From Minutocellus sp. GHC0000111 (lineage: Eukaryota), in contig OZ361257.1 in NCBI GenBank assembly GCA_977018835.1, positions 5,146,001 through 5,210,000 of the forward strand: 64,000 bases of DNA. Direction: 5' to 3'. Below the pieces are notes generated by a model that did no database searches, was not told the origin of the DNA, and saw only the letters and a list, made by a program, of their open reading frames with translations. The position numbers were made by a program, and so were the translations under genes. How positions within the stretch are numbered: the first letter of the stretch is position 1; each line of letters opens with the position of its first letter. Positions 47,304 to 57,526 of the stretch are shown in pieces.

Positions 47304-47602
47304 GAAGCTACATTCAGGGTCCTTGGGGGGGAGGCATCAATATTTTCAATTTTAGTCCGTCATTTGGAGTAGACTCTATGCCTGCCTCCCCTCTCATCCG
47401 GCGGTGGTGACTGCAACCAACCAACTGAACTGACTGTTCGTATTTTTGACGAGACTTAGCATAGACCTAATGGATAACCATTTCACTTTCGATGGAGGAT
47501 GGTTGTACTCTCGTTTACCAATTGGTATCATTCGGTAGATTGCCGGGCTCATCGCTACGCCCCCGCCCAGCTTTCCCGCCCGCCCCGCCAGATTGAAAGA
47601 TA

Positions 47603-49461
47603 CGAAGTCCGTTTCGCGAGAAATCGAGCGCAGGGTCGGGACCAAAACAGCGACTTTTTGGACCCGCAACCGCCTGAATCTTAGATCTACCGGCATTGAA
47701 TACATGTACAATGCAAAGTACATGTATTGCAGCAGCTAGTATCCAGATCTACAATCCAATCTAGTATTATTAAACACAATATAACTTAAAAGCACCGCAG
47801 GACTAATTATCCATGGTTGGATCAGCAGGAGGAGGAGCGATAATTTTCCCATCTATCCGAACCATGCCATTTTCAGTCGGCCTGAAATCCTTTCGCACCC
47901 CAACATGAATGCCTTCACCGTTTCCAAGAAAATCATTGTTGCCTTTTGCAACGATTACCTTCTTTGCAATTCTATGAGCCTGGATGTATGCCGATGCGAT
48001 CTTCCAGTTTTCCAGCCCCATCCAAACTTCCTCCGCTGCATCCCAAGTCTGATCCTCTGTCAAAACCTTCAGCCCCTCCCGATCGCGGCACAACATTGTA
48101 TGCTGCTTTGACATGCAAGGGAAAACAGACAGATCAAGAACATTCATATGGGGCATTTGCGGGGCCTGAGGTTCCCAACGCCATCCCTTGTCCCGACAGT
48201 ATCCTTCCACATATTCCACAAATTCAGTCTCGGCATGGGGCCCAGCATTGTCGCCCTGGAAAATAGGGACATAGCCTTCAAACTTTCCGCCAGGTCCGAC
48301 CAAAGCCTCAACATCCGGAAATATCTTGTTCTCAAACAAAGCTTTCAGTGGGAACTTGGGATTATCAAGGGTGCCATGGCTGCATCCAGTCACCGCGCAA
48401 TCCACAAGGTATAGATCGTCTTTCTTCCGAACCACCGGGCCGCAATATTTGATTCTACCATCTGCCTGCCGCACCGCCTCCCTTACCATCTGCCTCGCAA
48501 TTTTATGCGCCCGAGCCCGAAAAAGTCCAAGCTTGAACGCAATGCCGCCATTCTCAATGCTGTCAATAAAAGCCAAGGCAGTGACAGCCACCACCATGCA
48601 CTTGTTGATGTGATTTCGGTGATATGCCGAGAAGGACCGAGGATCAATACCCAATTCTGCAACTTGCTTGGCATACGATCGAAGAACCAAGCCCCAAAAC
48701 CACTTCTCATCGAACATAACAAGGAGAAACTTGCCACCGCCGAGCCCCCAATTGTTTCGGAATTTCCGCGCAAATGCCAAATGTTTCTCCATCTGATGTG
48801 TAGTAAGGAGAGGGATGATCCTTTCGGCATAGTACCGGAACCCTTCCCGCGACATTATCCACCGCCGTATTGCCGAGTAGGAACACCAAAAGTTGACATC
48901 CACCTCCAGCTCCCGCCAAGATTCCCGAGGATTTCGTATCAGAGCATCAACAATAACATCTCGAATGTATGGCTGCATAGCCAGATGAGATCTCCTCTTC
49001 ATCTCCCACATCGCCTTCTCAGATGCAGGTAGAGCACCATACGCCTTCATCCATCCCGAAAATCGTGCACCATGCATGCTCTGCGCTGGACAGCACCGAA
49101 TAGTCCACCTTTGCCTGCTCCCTGCACTTGGCAATTGCAAAGAGACATGGTGCAGTATACCGCCGGGTCGCCGTTGCAAGATCGTCGATGACAGAACGGA
49201 AGGCGGCCGAATCAGATGAATCATCGGCACTCGTTGGGAAGCAGTATACCGGTCCAAGTGCGACGAACGCGTCCATTTGATTAGAGCCGCTGAAATCTAA
49301 AGTCTTATCCGAATTATTGTTTCACATGAAGATAAATCAAAATTAGAGTAAAAATAGCCATTTTCTTAAATATTTCAGCATGACTATTCTTCGAGGCGCT
49401 TTTCAATCCCCTCGAAAGCAGTCAAAAACCGGGCGCTCGATTTCTCGCGAATCTGACCTCG
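47603..49461. mobile_element. Tc1/mariner DNA transposon (1859 bp), 29-bp TIRs, TA target duplication
   Basis: Left TIR 47603-47631 and right TIR 49433-49461 match at 26/29; TA at 47601-02 and 49462-63. Confidence 0.9.
47803..49276 (-). pseudogene. Mariner-like DDD transposase, probable 4-bp duplication frameshift near 49075
   Basis: DEKWF, QGDNAGPH, PHMNVLDL; the ATG 49276 frame joins the main frame if one GCAT is removed. Confidence 0.8.
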
Positions 49462-49474
49462 TAAATGTATCCAT

Positions 49475-50437
49475 CTAATTCAACTGTTGCTCCTGATATT
49501 GGAACTGATCATCAATGAATACCCCGTCTTTGTTGCTCCCTCCCTTGGTTCCGAAGAAGACATCCAACATGTAGGTAAATGAAGCATACGTAGTTGCGCC
49601 CTGCAGCATAGCCTGAGGTCCACCCTGTCGATTCAAATATGCACCCGTGAACGCCGAACCGACGATTCCATTCCATCGATCCTCTCTGCCGCCTCTTACC
49701 ACACGGGTGAGGGCATGAAAACCAGAAAAGGCAGCAGAGAGCTGGGCCCAGCTCTTGGCACTTGCTACTGCCTTGGCATTGACATTGCCCATTCGTCCGC
49801 GGAATTCTCCACCAAATCCAGTGGGCTTGGGCCGCGTCGGTGGCGTCGGTGGTGTCTGCTGACCAGGGAGAGTTGGCGGCGGCGGCGGTTGAAAATCCGA
49901 CGGGCGAGCCAAGGCACCAAGCCCAAAAATTCCTCCGCCAATGTATCCCAGGATGCCACCACTCAGAAATGATCCAGCAGTTACCATGCCCACCTCGACG
50001 GCTCCTGCCACCGTTTTGCCAACAGGACCTAATCGCGCTCGCATTTCCTCCAACGTTAGCTCTTCTCCGTTGGGTCCGGCGAATCGCTGCTGTCCATCAT
50101 CGTATGCTGGGGAATCCATCATGTCGGATTGCTGTTCCACGACGGCAGATTGCTTCGTGCGCTTCCCTCTTCGACCTGCGAGCACAACTTTATTCCACCG
50201 ATTCGTCCCCTGACCATTGATACTACTGCGCAATGAATCGTGGGGCGAGGATATTGCGCTTGGCATTGCTGCCGTCGTGATGGAGGCGGGTGATGATCTT
50301 CTCGAACGCCGAGACCGATCAAAATTATTGCCACCGGAAACACTCCTGGGGGAAACACCCCATGGACCGGCAGAAAAGGGAGACGCCGCGACGGTTGGTA
50401 GAAGTACCAGTAGCGACAACAACGAACGTCGCATCAT
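49475..50437 (-). CDS. Tim17/Tim22/Tim23-family protein with an N-terminal signal peptide
   Basis: Gly-rich TMs, SAKSWAQLSAAFSGF...RGGREDRWNGIVGSAFTGA. Confidence 0.75.
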   Translation of the reverse strand: MMRRSLLSLLVLLPTVAASPFSAGPWGVSPRSVSGGNNFDRSRRSRRSSPASITTAAMPSAISSPHDSLRSSINGQGTNRWNKVVLAGRRGKRTKQSAVVEQQSDMMDSPAYDDGQQRFAGPNGEELTLEEMRARLGPVGKTVAGAVEVGMVTAGSFLSGGILGYIGGGIFGLGALARPSDFQPPPPPTLPGQQTPPTPPTRPKPTGFGGEFRGRMGNVNAKAVASAKSWAQLSAAFSGFHALTRVVRGGREDRWNGIVGSAFTGAYLNRQGGPQAMLQGATTYASFTYMLDVFFGTKGGSNKDGVFIDDQFQYQEQQLN

Positions 50438-50957
50438 CGTAGTGCAGGAAAGTGGGGTTTGCTAGTACTAGTATGCGATACGGCAGGAGCCGGCTTCCAC
50501 GTCCCAGAAATGGCCGCGCCGATTGATGCTTGAAGCCGACTGCCGCGGATCCTTGACTCATAACCTGTGGCGCCTTCCATCTGGTTATGAGCCGCAAGCT
50601 AGAGTTCGACATGCATGCTTCGACGACGATGAGCATGACAATGGCGGCGGCCGTGATCGCCGCTTTGCTTCCATGGCGCGTGACCCCGTATCGCCCCCCA
50701 TCGGTATGACATGCAATGAATAGGCGGTGGGCCGATCTGGCGAGTTGAGGGCAGAAAGATATCATCGAACCAATACGAGATGACATTGGTCATCACAGCA
50801 CGATCCAACCTGTCTCCCGTCCGAATGGGGTAATCCCACGCAGTGATGGTCGCTGCATTTCATTCACAAAACAAACAACAAATAGAATATGAATACAAGT
50901 ACCAGGAATACACCTACGGATAAAACCATTTGATCAATTGAAACTATACCAGTACGT

Positions 50958-53900
50958 ATGAAATACAAAGATTGCATTTTGACAGTTGTTCTCTCTGCGG
51001 TATCTTTTGGAGCTGACGCCAACCTTCGTGGTGGCGAGGGCGAGGCCGAGCGCCAGCTTCATCTCAACTGGCTGGGAGAAGAATGGTTTGGCCACGACCC
51101 AAAGGACAAGCCATCGCTACTGGTCCTTCAGCGTGATCACCGATACTGCTTGATGGCCAGGAATGTCGAGAAGGAGATTCAACCCGCACTACCACAGCAA
51201 GTGGAGCCAAGGGCCAACGACGACGGCGATATTGTCCTTTCCAGATGCGACCCTGATAATATCGACCAGCACTTCTTTCTTGAGCACTGGGAACGTTGGA
51301 GGCCATCTGGGAATCTGAAGAAGTGCGTTGGCATTTCTGGTTCTCGATTGATGACTGGAGGCGAAATGAAGCTTGAAGAGTGCCTGAAGAAAAATCGTTT
51401 CCAACGCTGGCAGATCAATGAATACGATGAGCTCATGCCCTTCGAGTCAAAAGCATTCTGTGTTGCACCGACGGAAAAGGGCCAGCAAGGTCCAGTCGAA
51501 CTTGGTCTTTGCGAAAATAGACGAGGAACTGGCTGGGAGCAAGTTTTGCCCAATGAGTACAGTTCGTACATCAAGACGGACCCAGACATCAGTGTCGATG
51601 ATGATGACGAGCCGTATGTGATGTTGATCTCCAACGATGATGGCTGGGACAGCAGAAACAACGAGCCAAAGAGGAAATGCCTTACCGCCAATAGCAACCG
51701 CGAGGCCGTCATGTCCCGTTGCGATCTGACGCGAAGCAGGCAGATGTGGCTAGTCGAAAAGAGAGGCAAGAGCACGGGGTCCAAAAATGATTTCGTTCGT
51801 CTTCGCCCCAAACACAATTTGGGTTTGTGCCTTCACATGAGCGGCGAGCTTAGCGAGGCCTACCAGTGGAACACCAGGCCTGTCGTGCGTCTGAAGGATT
51901 GCGACATTCTTTTCGATGAGAATGAAAATCAGCATTGGACCCTCGAGTCTGGATACATTCATCCTCAGGGCGAACTGAATCTTTGCGTTAGGAGGGGAGA
52001 AGGAGGTGGTAATGATAGCGACGACGAGGACAAAAATCGTTTTGCAAGAGTTCAAAATCGATGCAGTGATGGTGAGATCTGGCACTTTGTCTCACCAGCC
52101 GACTACTCCATGCCTCCTCTACCCCCCAAACTGTTGGAACGAGGTGCTTTCGTTCGGATCGAGTGGCGTGATGAGAAACGAGAGAGGATGATTTGCATGA
52201 AGGGCAACAATGTCGGCGGCGGCCGGGAATGTGAAGAAACCGATAAGTTTGGCCGTGATTCACGACGCCAATTGTGGTACGTCGACGATGAAATGCACCT
52301 GAGGCCGGTCAATCACCTTTACACTTGCTTGGAGTACGAACATTGGCGCAGGAGCGGAGGAAGCGATAGCGATGACGATGATGACGAAGTAGGACTGAAG
52401 CGTCTTCGCCGAGGTAATTGCGCCATGTACAAGCCGTACCAAAAGTGGCAGTACGATGAAACACTCCATTCCATATCCCCGAGCACTGATCCGTCACTTT
52501 GTCTGACGGCAAAGAGGAGCATGCAGTGTGATGACGAGGACGTCCAATTCGGCCTTTCGCCGTGCAACGAATGGGATAGCCAGAAATTCACTCTGACTGG
52601 GTATCAGTATCGCTGTAGAGAAACTATCACCGAGTCTCTATTCCTTGTTCACGTATCTCCAGATGGCCGCGAGGACGACCAATGTGCAGTCGAGCGTATC
52701 AACGGTGACGACAAATGGATACGCCTTGGTCGTTGTAACTATGATGACAAGGCTTCTCTGTGGACGATGAAGAATGAGAACCTTAGTCCGCTACAAGACC
52801 CATCGATGTGCCTCGAAGTTCTAGAGAACGAGATGCCATTTGCACCACCAAGGTTGACAGAATGCAGAACTTCCAATCAAGGACAGAGATGGGTCTACGA
52901 CGGGACTACGAAAGAACTTAGTCCACGCAACCTTCCTGGCTATTGTGTTTCAGAAGGCTGCGACTGGGACTACTCTCGAGGACTCTGTTTGAATGATTGT
53001 TGTTCGAATCGACGCCAAAAGTGGGCTGTAACCAAAACATCTGAATATGTGCCAACCAAGCTCACTACGCCAAAGACCCGGTACTACGTCGTTTCCAAGG
53101 ACCAAGACTGCGGTTGTTTTTGCTGTCTAAATGTCAGCGAGGAAGGTACCGTCGGCGTTGGTTCATGCGAGAACAATCTGAGTAGTAATTTCAGGCAGCG
53201 AGAGTGGAGAAAGGAGATCCGTGGCGAGGGATTCATCCTACGCAAGGGCTCCGGTTGTTTGACGATCGGCCAAGAGCATACCCGAGATTGTGATGAAGAA
53301 AATAGTGATCAGGTTTGGTCATACGATGAGAAGGGCAACCATGAAATTTCGCTAGTAGGAACAAATGATTGCCTCTCCAGAGTCAGCATGGATGCAGTCT
53401 CGTGCAATGGCAAAGACGATCAAGCTTGGGAACTCATTCAGTCCGACGAAGCGCCTTCGATTGCTACTGAAAATTGTGATCTGGTCGGAGATGAAAGCTT
53501 TACGATGTTTGTCCTTGACCAAGACCCTCGTTTCTGCATGTCATCGCTCGGCCGAGAGGATGGCATGGCCGTCAAGCTCACAGCATGTGACCCTACCAGC
53601 CACGAGCAGCTATGGGCCTCCGAGGGCACTGGTACCGGCGAGCAAAAGCAGATTAAACCTCTGAACAATCTCGATACTTGCATGTCGGTTAACGATGTCG
53701 GATACCTCGAGGCGGTGAGGATTGATGAGTGTAGGGAAGCAGATAGTGGCGACGACAGCAGTGATTATCGCTCTAGCTATGCATCAAGACAGCTCTGGTT
53801 AGTCAACGAGAAGGGTCACGGCGAGCTGACCCCGGCACTCAATCCCAACTTGTGTGTGACATTTGACATCGCGTGTGATTTGGATGTAGAATTCGACTAC

Positions 53901-53993
53901 ATGCTCGGTTTGAACTCGTGTGTATCACCTGCTCATAGTGTGACGTTCGATCAGGTTGCTGCCGAAGACTATTCGCGGAAGATTTTAGTTTAG
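50958..53993 (+). CDS. Secreted multi-domain ricin-B (beta-trefoil) lectin-like protein
   Basis: Signal peptide, many C...C...QxW repeats over 1011 aa. Confidence 0.85.
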   Translation: MKYKDCILTVVLSAVSFGADANLRGGEGEAERQLHLNWLGEEWFGHDPKDKPSLLVLQRDHRYCLMARNVEKEIQPALPQQVEPRANDDGDIVLSRCDPDNIDQHFFLEHWERWRPSGNLKKCVGISGSRLMTGGEMKLEECLKKNRFQRWQINEYDELMPFESKAFCVAPTEKGQQGPVELGLCENRRGTGWEQVLPNEYSSYIKTDPDISVDDDDEPYVMLISNDDGWDSRNNEPKRKCLTANSNREAVMSRCDLTRSRQMWLVEKRGKSTGSKNDFVRLRPKHNLGLCLHMSGELSEAYQWNTRPVVRLKDCDILFDENENQHWTLESGYIHPQGELNLCVRRGEGGGNDSDDEDKNRFARVQNRCSDGEIWHFVSPADYSMPPLPPKLLERGAFVRIEWRDEKRERMICMKGNNVGGGRECEETDKFGRDSRRQLWYVDDEMHLRPVNHLYTCLEYEHWRRSGGSDSDDDDDEVGLKRLRRGNCAMYKPYQKWQYDETLHSISPSTDPSLCLTAKRSMQCDDEDVQFGLSPCNEWDSQKFTLTGYQYRCRETITESLFLVHVSPDGREDDQCAVERINGDDKWIRLGRCNYDDKASLWTMKNENLSPLQDPSMCLEVLENEMPFAPPRLTECRTSNQGQRWVYDGTTKELSPRNLPGYCVSEGCDWDYSRGLCLNDCCSNRRQKWAVTKTSEYVPTKLTTPKTRYYVVSKDQDCGCFCCLNVSEEGTVGVGSCENNLSSNFRQREWRKEIRGEGFILRKGSGCLTIGQEHTRDCDEENSDQVWSYDEKGNHEISLVGTNDCLSRVSMDAVSCNGKDDQAWELIQSDEAPSIATENCDLVGDESFTMFVLDQDPRFCMSSLGREDGMAVKLTACDPTSHEQLWASEGTGTGEQKQIKPLNNLDTCMSVNDVGYLEAVRIDECREADSGDDSSDYRSSYASRQLWLVNEKGHGELTPALNPNLCVTFDIACDLDVEFDYMLGLNSCVSPAHSVTFDQVAAEDYSRKILV

Positions 53994-54204
53994 AGACTTT
54001 AGAGACAATGCTGAGATGTTGCCTGAATGCAATGATTTATGATAATGCCTTGCTTTGCTTAGAATTCCTTTGATTTGCTTTAATTTAATAGTCTTTAATG
54101 GTGACTTTTTAGGTGAACTTTTGTCCTGTATTAATCTATCGGCAATCTTGGCGTCCTTGTGACTGGATTAGTCGTTCAAGCGTGGTCGAGGCTTCCGACT
54201 GTCT

Positions 54205-54843
54205 CTATTTCTTCCCAGGTTTTGCTACTGATGATGACGATGCCTTGATTTCGGCCAGCGGCGGAACCCCATAATCGGTTAAACTAAACATAACCACAGT
54301 GCCTCCATCTGCAACTGTACTTATGCGCACCGGCACTCCTCGAGCGATAGATACCAAGGCATTAATGGAACCAAAGCCCGGGCTTGCTTCGGCATATGAA
54401 GCGATGGCAACACAGAATTCTGGCCGACCGGGATCGGTGCGCTTGAAGGCTGAATTTGGACCGTAAACATCGTACGCGATTGGGGAGGTGGACGGTAGAG
54501 TGCACGCAAGTGGCACAGCGCGCTGTTCCTCTTCGGCAAGCTCTTCTTCCTGAGCCTCAACATCGTGACCAGACCGTGCCAGTGGCAGATATTGACTCCA
54601 TTTTTCTGCGCTGTCTGTGGACCGCATTAGTATTGGCGCGGGGGCATTGAATTCCACAGCTCGAAGTCGTTTCTTCAGATTCGCTGATCGCTTTCCCCTC
54701 GACCTGTTCACTTCTTCCTCGTCGGACCGCTGTCGCCTTCGTTTGCTGTTCACATCCCTCCCCTTTATCGCAAGCATGTGTTCTACATCAATCGCTTTCC
54801 AGGCATGCCAGCTTATGTTGCCTCTCCATTGAAATGACTTCAT
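54205..54843 (-). pseudogene. C-terminal fragment of tRNA-splicing endonuclease subunit Sen54-like protein
   Basis: AYDVY.PNSAFKRTDPGRPEFCVAI...VADGGTVVMF resembles the Sen54 C-terminus; N-terminal domain not contiguous. Confidence 0.6.
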
Positions 54844-56317
54844 CGTCCTGCGCTGCCCTCTCGGGACTGAACGCTCGAAACGCCCGAAAGCAAAGTAGCG
54901 ACAAGCTTACTTCTAGCTACGTAGCACTTGCCGGCCTCTCGGCAAACATGCCTGAGCTGTCGCCAGTCAACGAAACCACTTATGTGTTGTGTCCTCATGT
55001 GAATGATCAAGGATTAAGAACAATCATTATCGTTTCCAGAACATCAGTAGTTGCTTTCGCTTGGCAAGGAGGTCCGGAAAAAATCTTTCACTGCATTGCG
55101 AATTTTGAACTTTTGATCTCGCGCGAAAAGGTGATCGGTGCTCAAGAGACTTCGACTACACACTGCATGGACGAGGATGATGTTGACGGCTCCTGTGGGA
55201 CGAGCCAACACTTGTTGTGTTGACGACACTGGCTGAAAAAAAATACGAGCTTTGTTGATTGAGGACATTTCGAAGTTGTTCTGATTCATCCACATGTCAA
55301 TGTTCTCAAGCCTTAACATGTTTTTCGTTCATCATTTAAGCATTGGGCGGCGTGCATGAGGTTTGCTTGTGCTGAGAGAGGAGCACTTGCGGTGTTTATT
55401 TCCCATCTTGGCTGATTAGATGTTGCCAATGCATTTGCACATGACGTGTCCAGAACTTGCTATCAAGTTGTGCAGCAGATGCGTCTGGGACGCACATGAA
55501 TTGTTGATTTCGGCCAAGGGGATCGCAAGCTTGCGTAGTGATGCACTTGGCCGTCAAGTTGCACAGAGCAATGTGAAATTTTGGGTTAGATCTATGCATT
55601 TGTGTAACAGTTTACATAACAATGCAGACATCTAACAGTCATGCACTTATGTGTAGATCTAGATCTCTCTAGCTATATGTCTTGATCTCTATAGCTAGCT
55701 AGCTGATGCCACTTTTCACAGATGTTTACATGAGGTGTCATTTTGTTTTTTGTGCTGAAAAGACTGGGAGACCTGCAACAACGGATTTACAATGGCCACC
55801 GCTTCGTCTTTCTTCCAATAACAATGAAAACCCACCGGCAACAACATAAAAATTGGCTTGTGGTTGACATGGGCGTCTAGATCTAGTAGCACCGGCAGTA
55901 GTAGTGCCGGTAGATTCAAGATCTACATGCATGTTAGACGGTGCCAGTCTGTTGTCAGCCTCTCCACTTCGTAGCAATCACGAAGTGCCCTCGGAGAGCG
56001 TGCTGATAATGGCGCCAACTCGCTTCTACTCTCGGCACGTGCCTGGGCGGTATCGCCGCTCGTCGGGCGGATTGATGCGCGAGCAGAGCAGACGAGCCAA
56101 GCAGACTGGTGGTTGCGACGAGGACCCTCTGCGCAAACACGGGGTGTTGCCAAAGCCTGTCTCCGCTTCGGCGAGGTTCAACCACAACAGAGGCAGAAAA
56201 GAATTTTGGCCCAGACTGCATGCGGATGACGTGCGTCGTATCCAACTCTCACAGAATTCCAGTTGCTTAGAGCAAATACACTCAACGCTAACGCGTGCGC
56301 ATCAAACAGAATAAACC

Positions 56318-57382
56318 ATGAACGACGAATTCCTCTCCTACCGCCAGGCCGCCAAGTACGTCAAGGCCCGCCTGGACGAAGCTGGGCGCGGCTCGCCGAT
56401 CATCGGAATCATATGCGGCAGCGGTCTGTCGGGCCTGTCCAAGGCCCTGACGGATCCGCTTGTCATCAAGTACGGCGACGTCCCTGGCTTCCCTGCCCAC
56501 TGTTCGGTGGCCGGTCATGCCGGTGAACTGGTGGTCGGTAACCTCGCGGGCAGCATCCCCACGCTGTGCCTTCGTGGCAGATTCCACTCCTACGAAGGAC
56601 ATGATATGAAGACGGTGGCCCTCCCCGTTCGGATGATGCGTTGCCTGGGGGTCAAATTCGTCATCGTTACGAATGCCGCCGGTGGGCTTGACCCATCGTA
56701 CAACGTCGGTGATGTGGTGAGCATTATGGATCACTTTGCCTTGCCCATGTTGGCCGGTAAGAATCCCCTGGTGGGTCCCAACGACGATGAGCTGGGGCCT
56801 CGCTTCCCCCCATCCAGCAACACGTACGACCCGGCCAATCAGGACCTAGTTGTCAAGGCGGCCAGCAATCTTGGCTTTCAGGACTTTATCCGAAAGGATG
56901 GGCTGTATTGCTTTGTGTCTGGACCAATGTACGAGAGCCGTTCGGAGTGCAAGTTCTTGAGTTCCATCGGAGGGTCGGCTGTTGGTATGTCAACCGTGCC
57001 GGAAATTATCGCTGCTCACGCGTCGGGGATGAAGGTATTGTGCCTGTCGCTCATTACCAACAAGGTCATCATTACCGGCGACGAGGGACCCGCCGCCAGT
57101 CACGAGGAGGTCCTTGAGGCAGTCGAGAAGAGGGCCGTCCAAGTTCAGACGCTGGTTCAGGAAATTGTCAAGATTCTCAGTGAGTCGGGAGCATTGGACA
57201 AGCTGCCAGATCTGCCAGCGGTCAACCTTGACGTCAAGGCCAAGAAAAGCTGCGTGGGTTTTACTCTTTGTCCGTATCACATGGTCAAGGGAATCATCGA
57301 TGCACCGTTGCACTGTTTGCTAATGGGCGGTGCAATGCTTGGTATTGGCGCACTTGTTGGATCCCGGGCTTTAAAGCCTTAG
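56318..57382 (+). CDS. PNP: Purine nucleoside phosphorylase with a hydrophobic C-terminal extension
   Basis: IICGSGL, GHAGEL, GRFHSYEG, TNAAGG, GPMYES, VGMSTVPE, LITN, HEEVL. Confidence 0.95.
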   Translation: MNDEFLSYRQAAKYVKARLDEAGRGSPIIGIICGSGLSGLSKALTDPLVIKYGDVPGFPAHCSVAGHAGELVVGNLAGSIPTLCLRGRFHSYEGHDMKTVALPVRMMRCLGVKFVIVTNAAGGLDPSYNVGDVVSIMDHFALPMLAGKNPLVGPNDDELGPRFPPSSNTYDPANQDLVVKAASNLGFQDFIRKDGLYCFVSGPMYESRSECKFLSSIGGSAVGMSTVPEIIAAHASGMKVLCLSLITNKVIITGDEGPAASHEEVLEAVEKRAVQVQTLVQEIVKILSESGALDKLPDLPAVNLDVKAKKSCVGFTLCPYHMVKGIIDAPLHCLLMGGAMLGIGALVGSRALKP

Positions 57383-57526
57383 GTCTAGAGCTAGTTACGT
57401 TGCTATATAAGCTATGAACTGGCTTTGCCGATGAGAAGGACGCTATCGCTACATACCAATTTTTGAGAGTACACAATAATATCTTCCTAGATCTAAAACG
57501 AAATTACACTATTTCTGTCACCTCCT

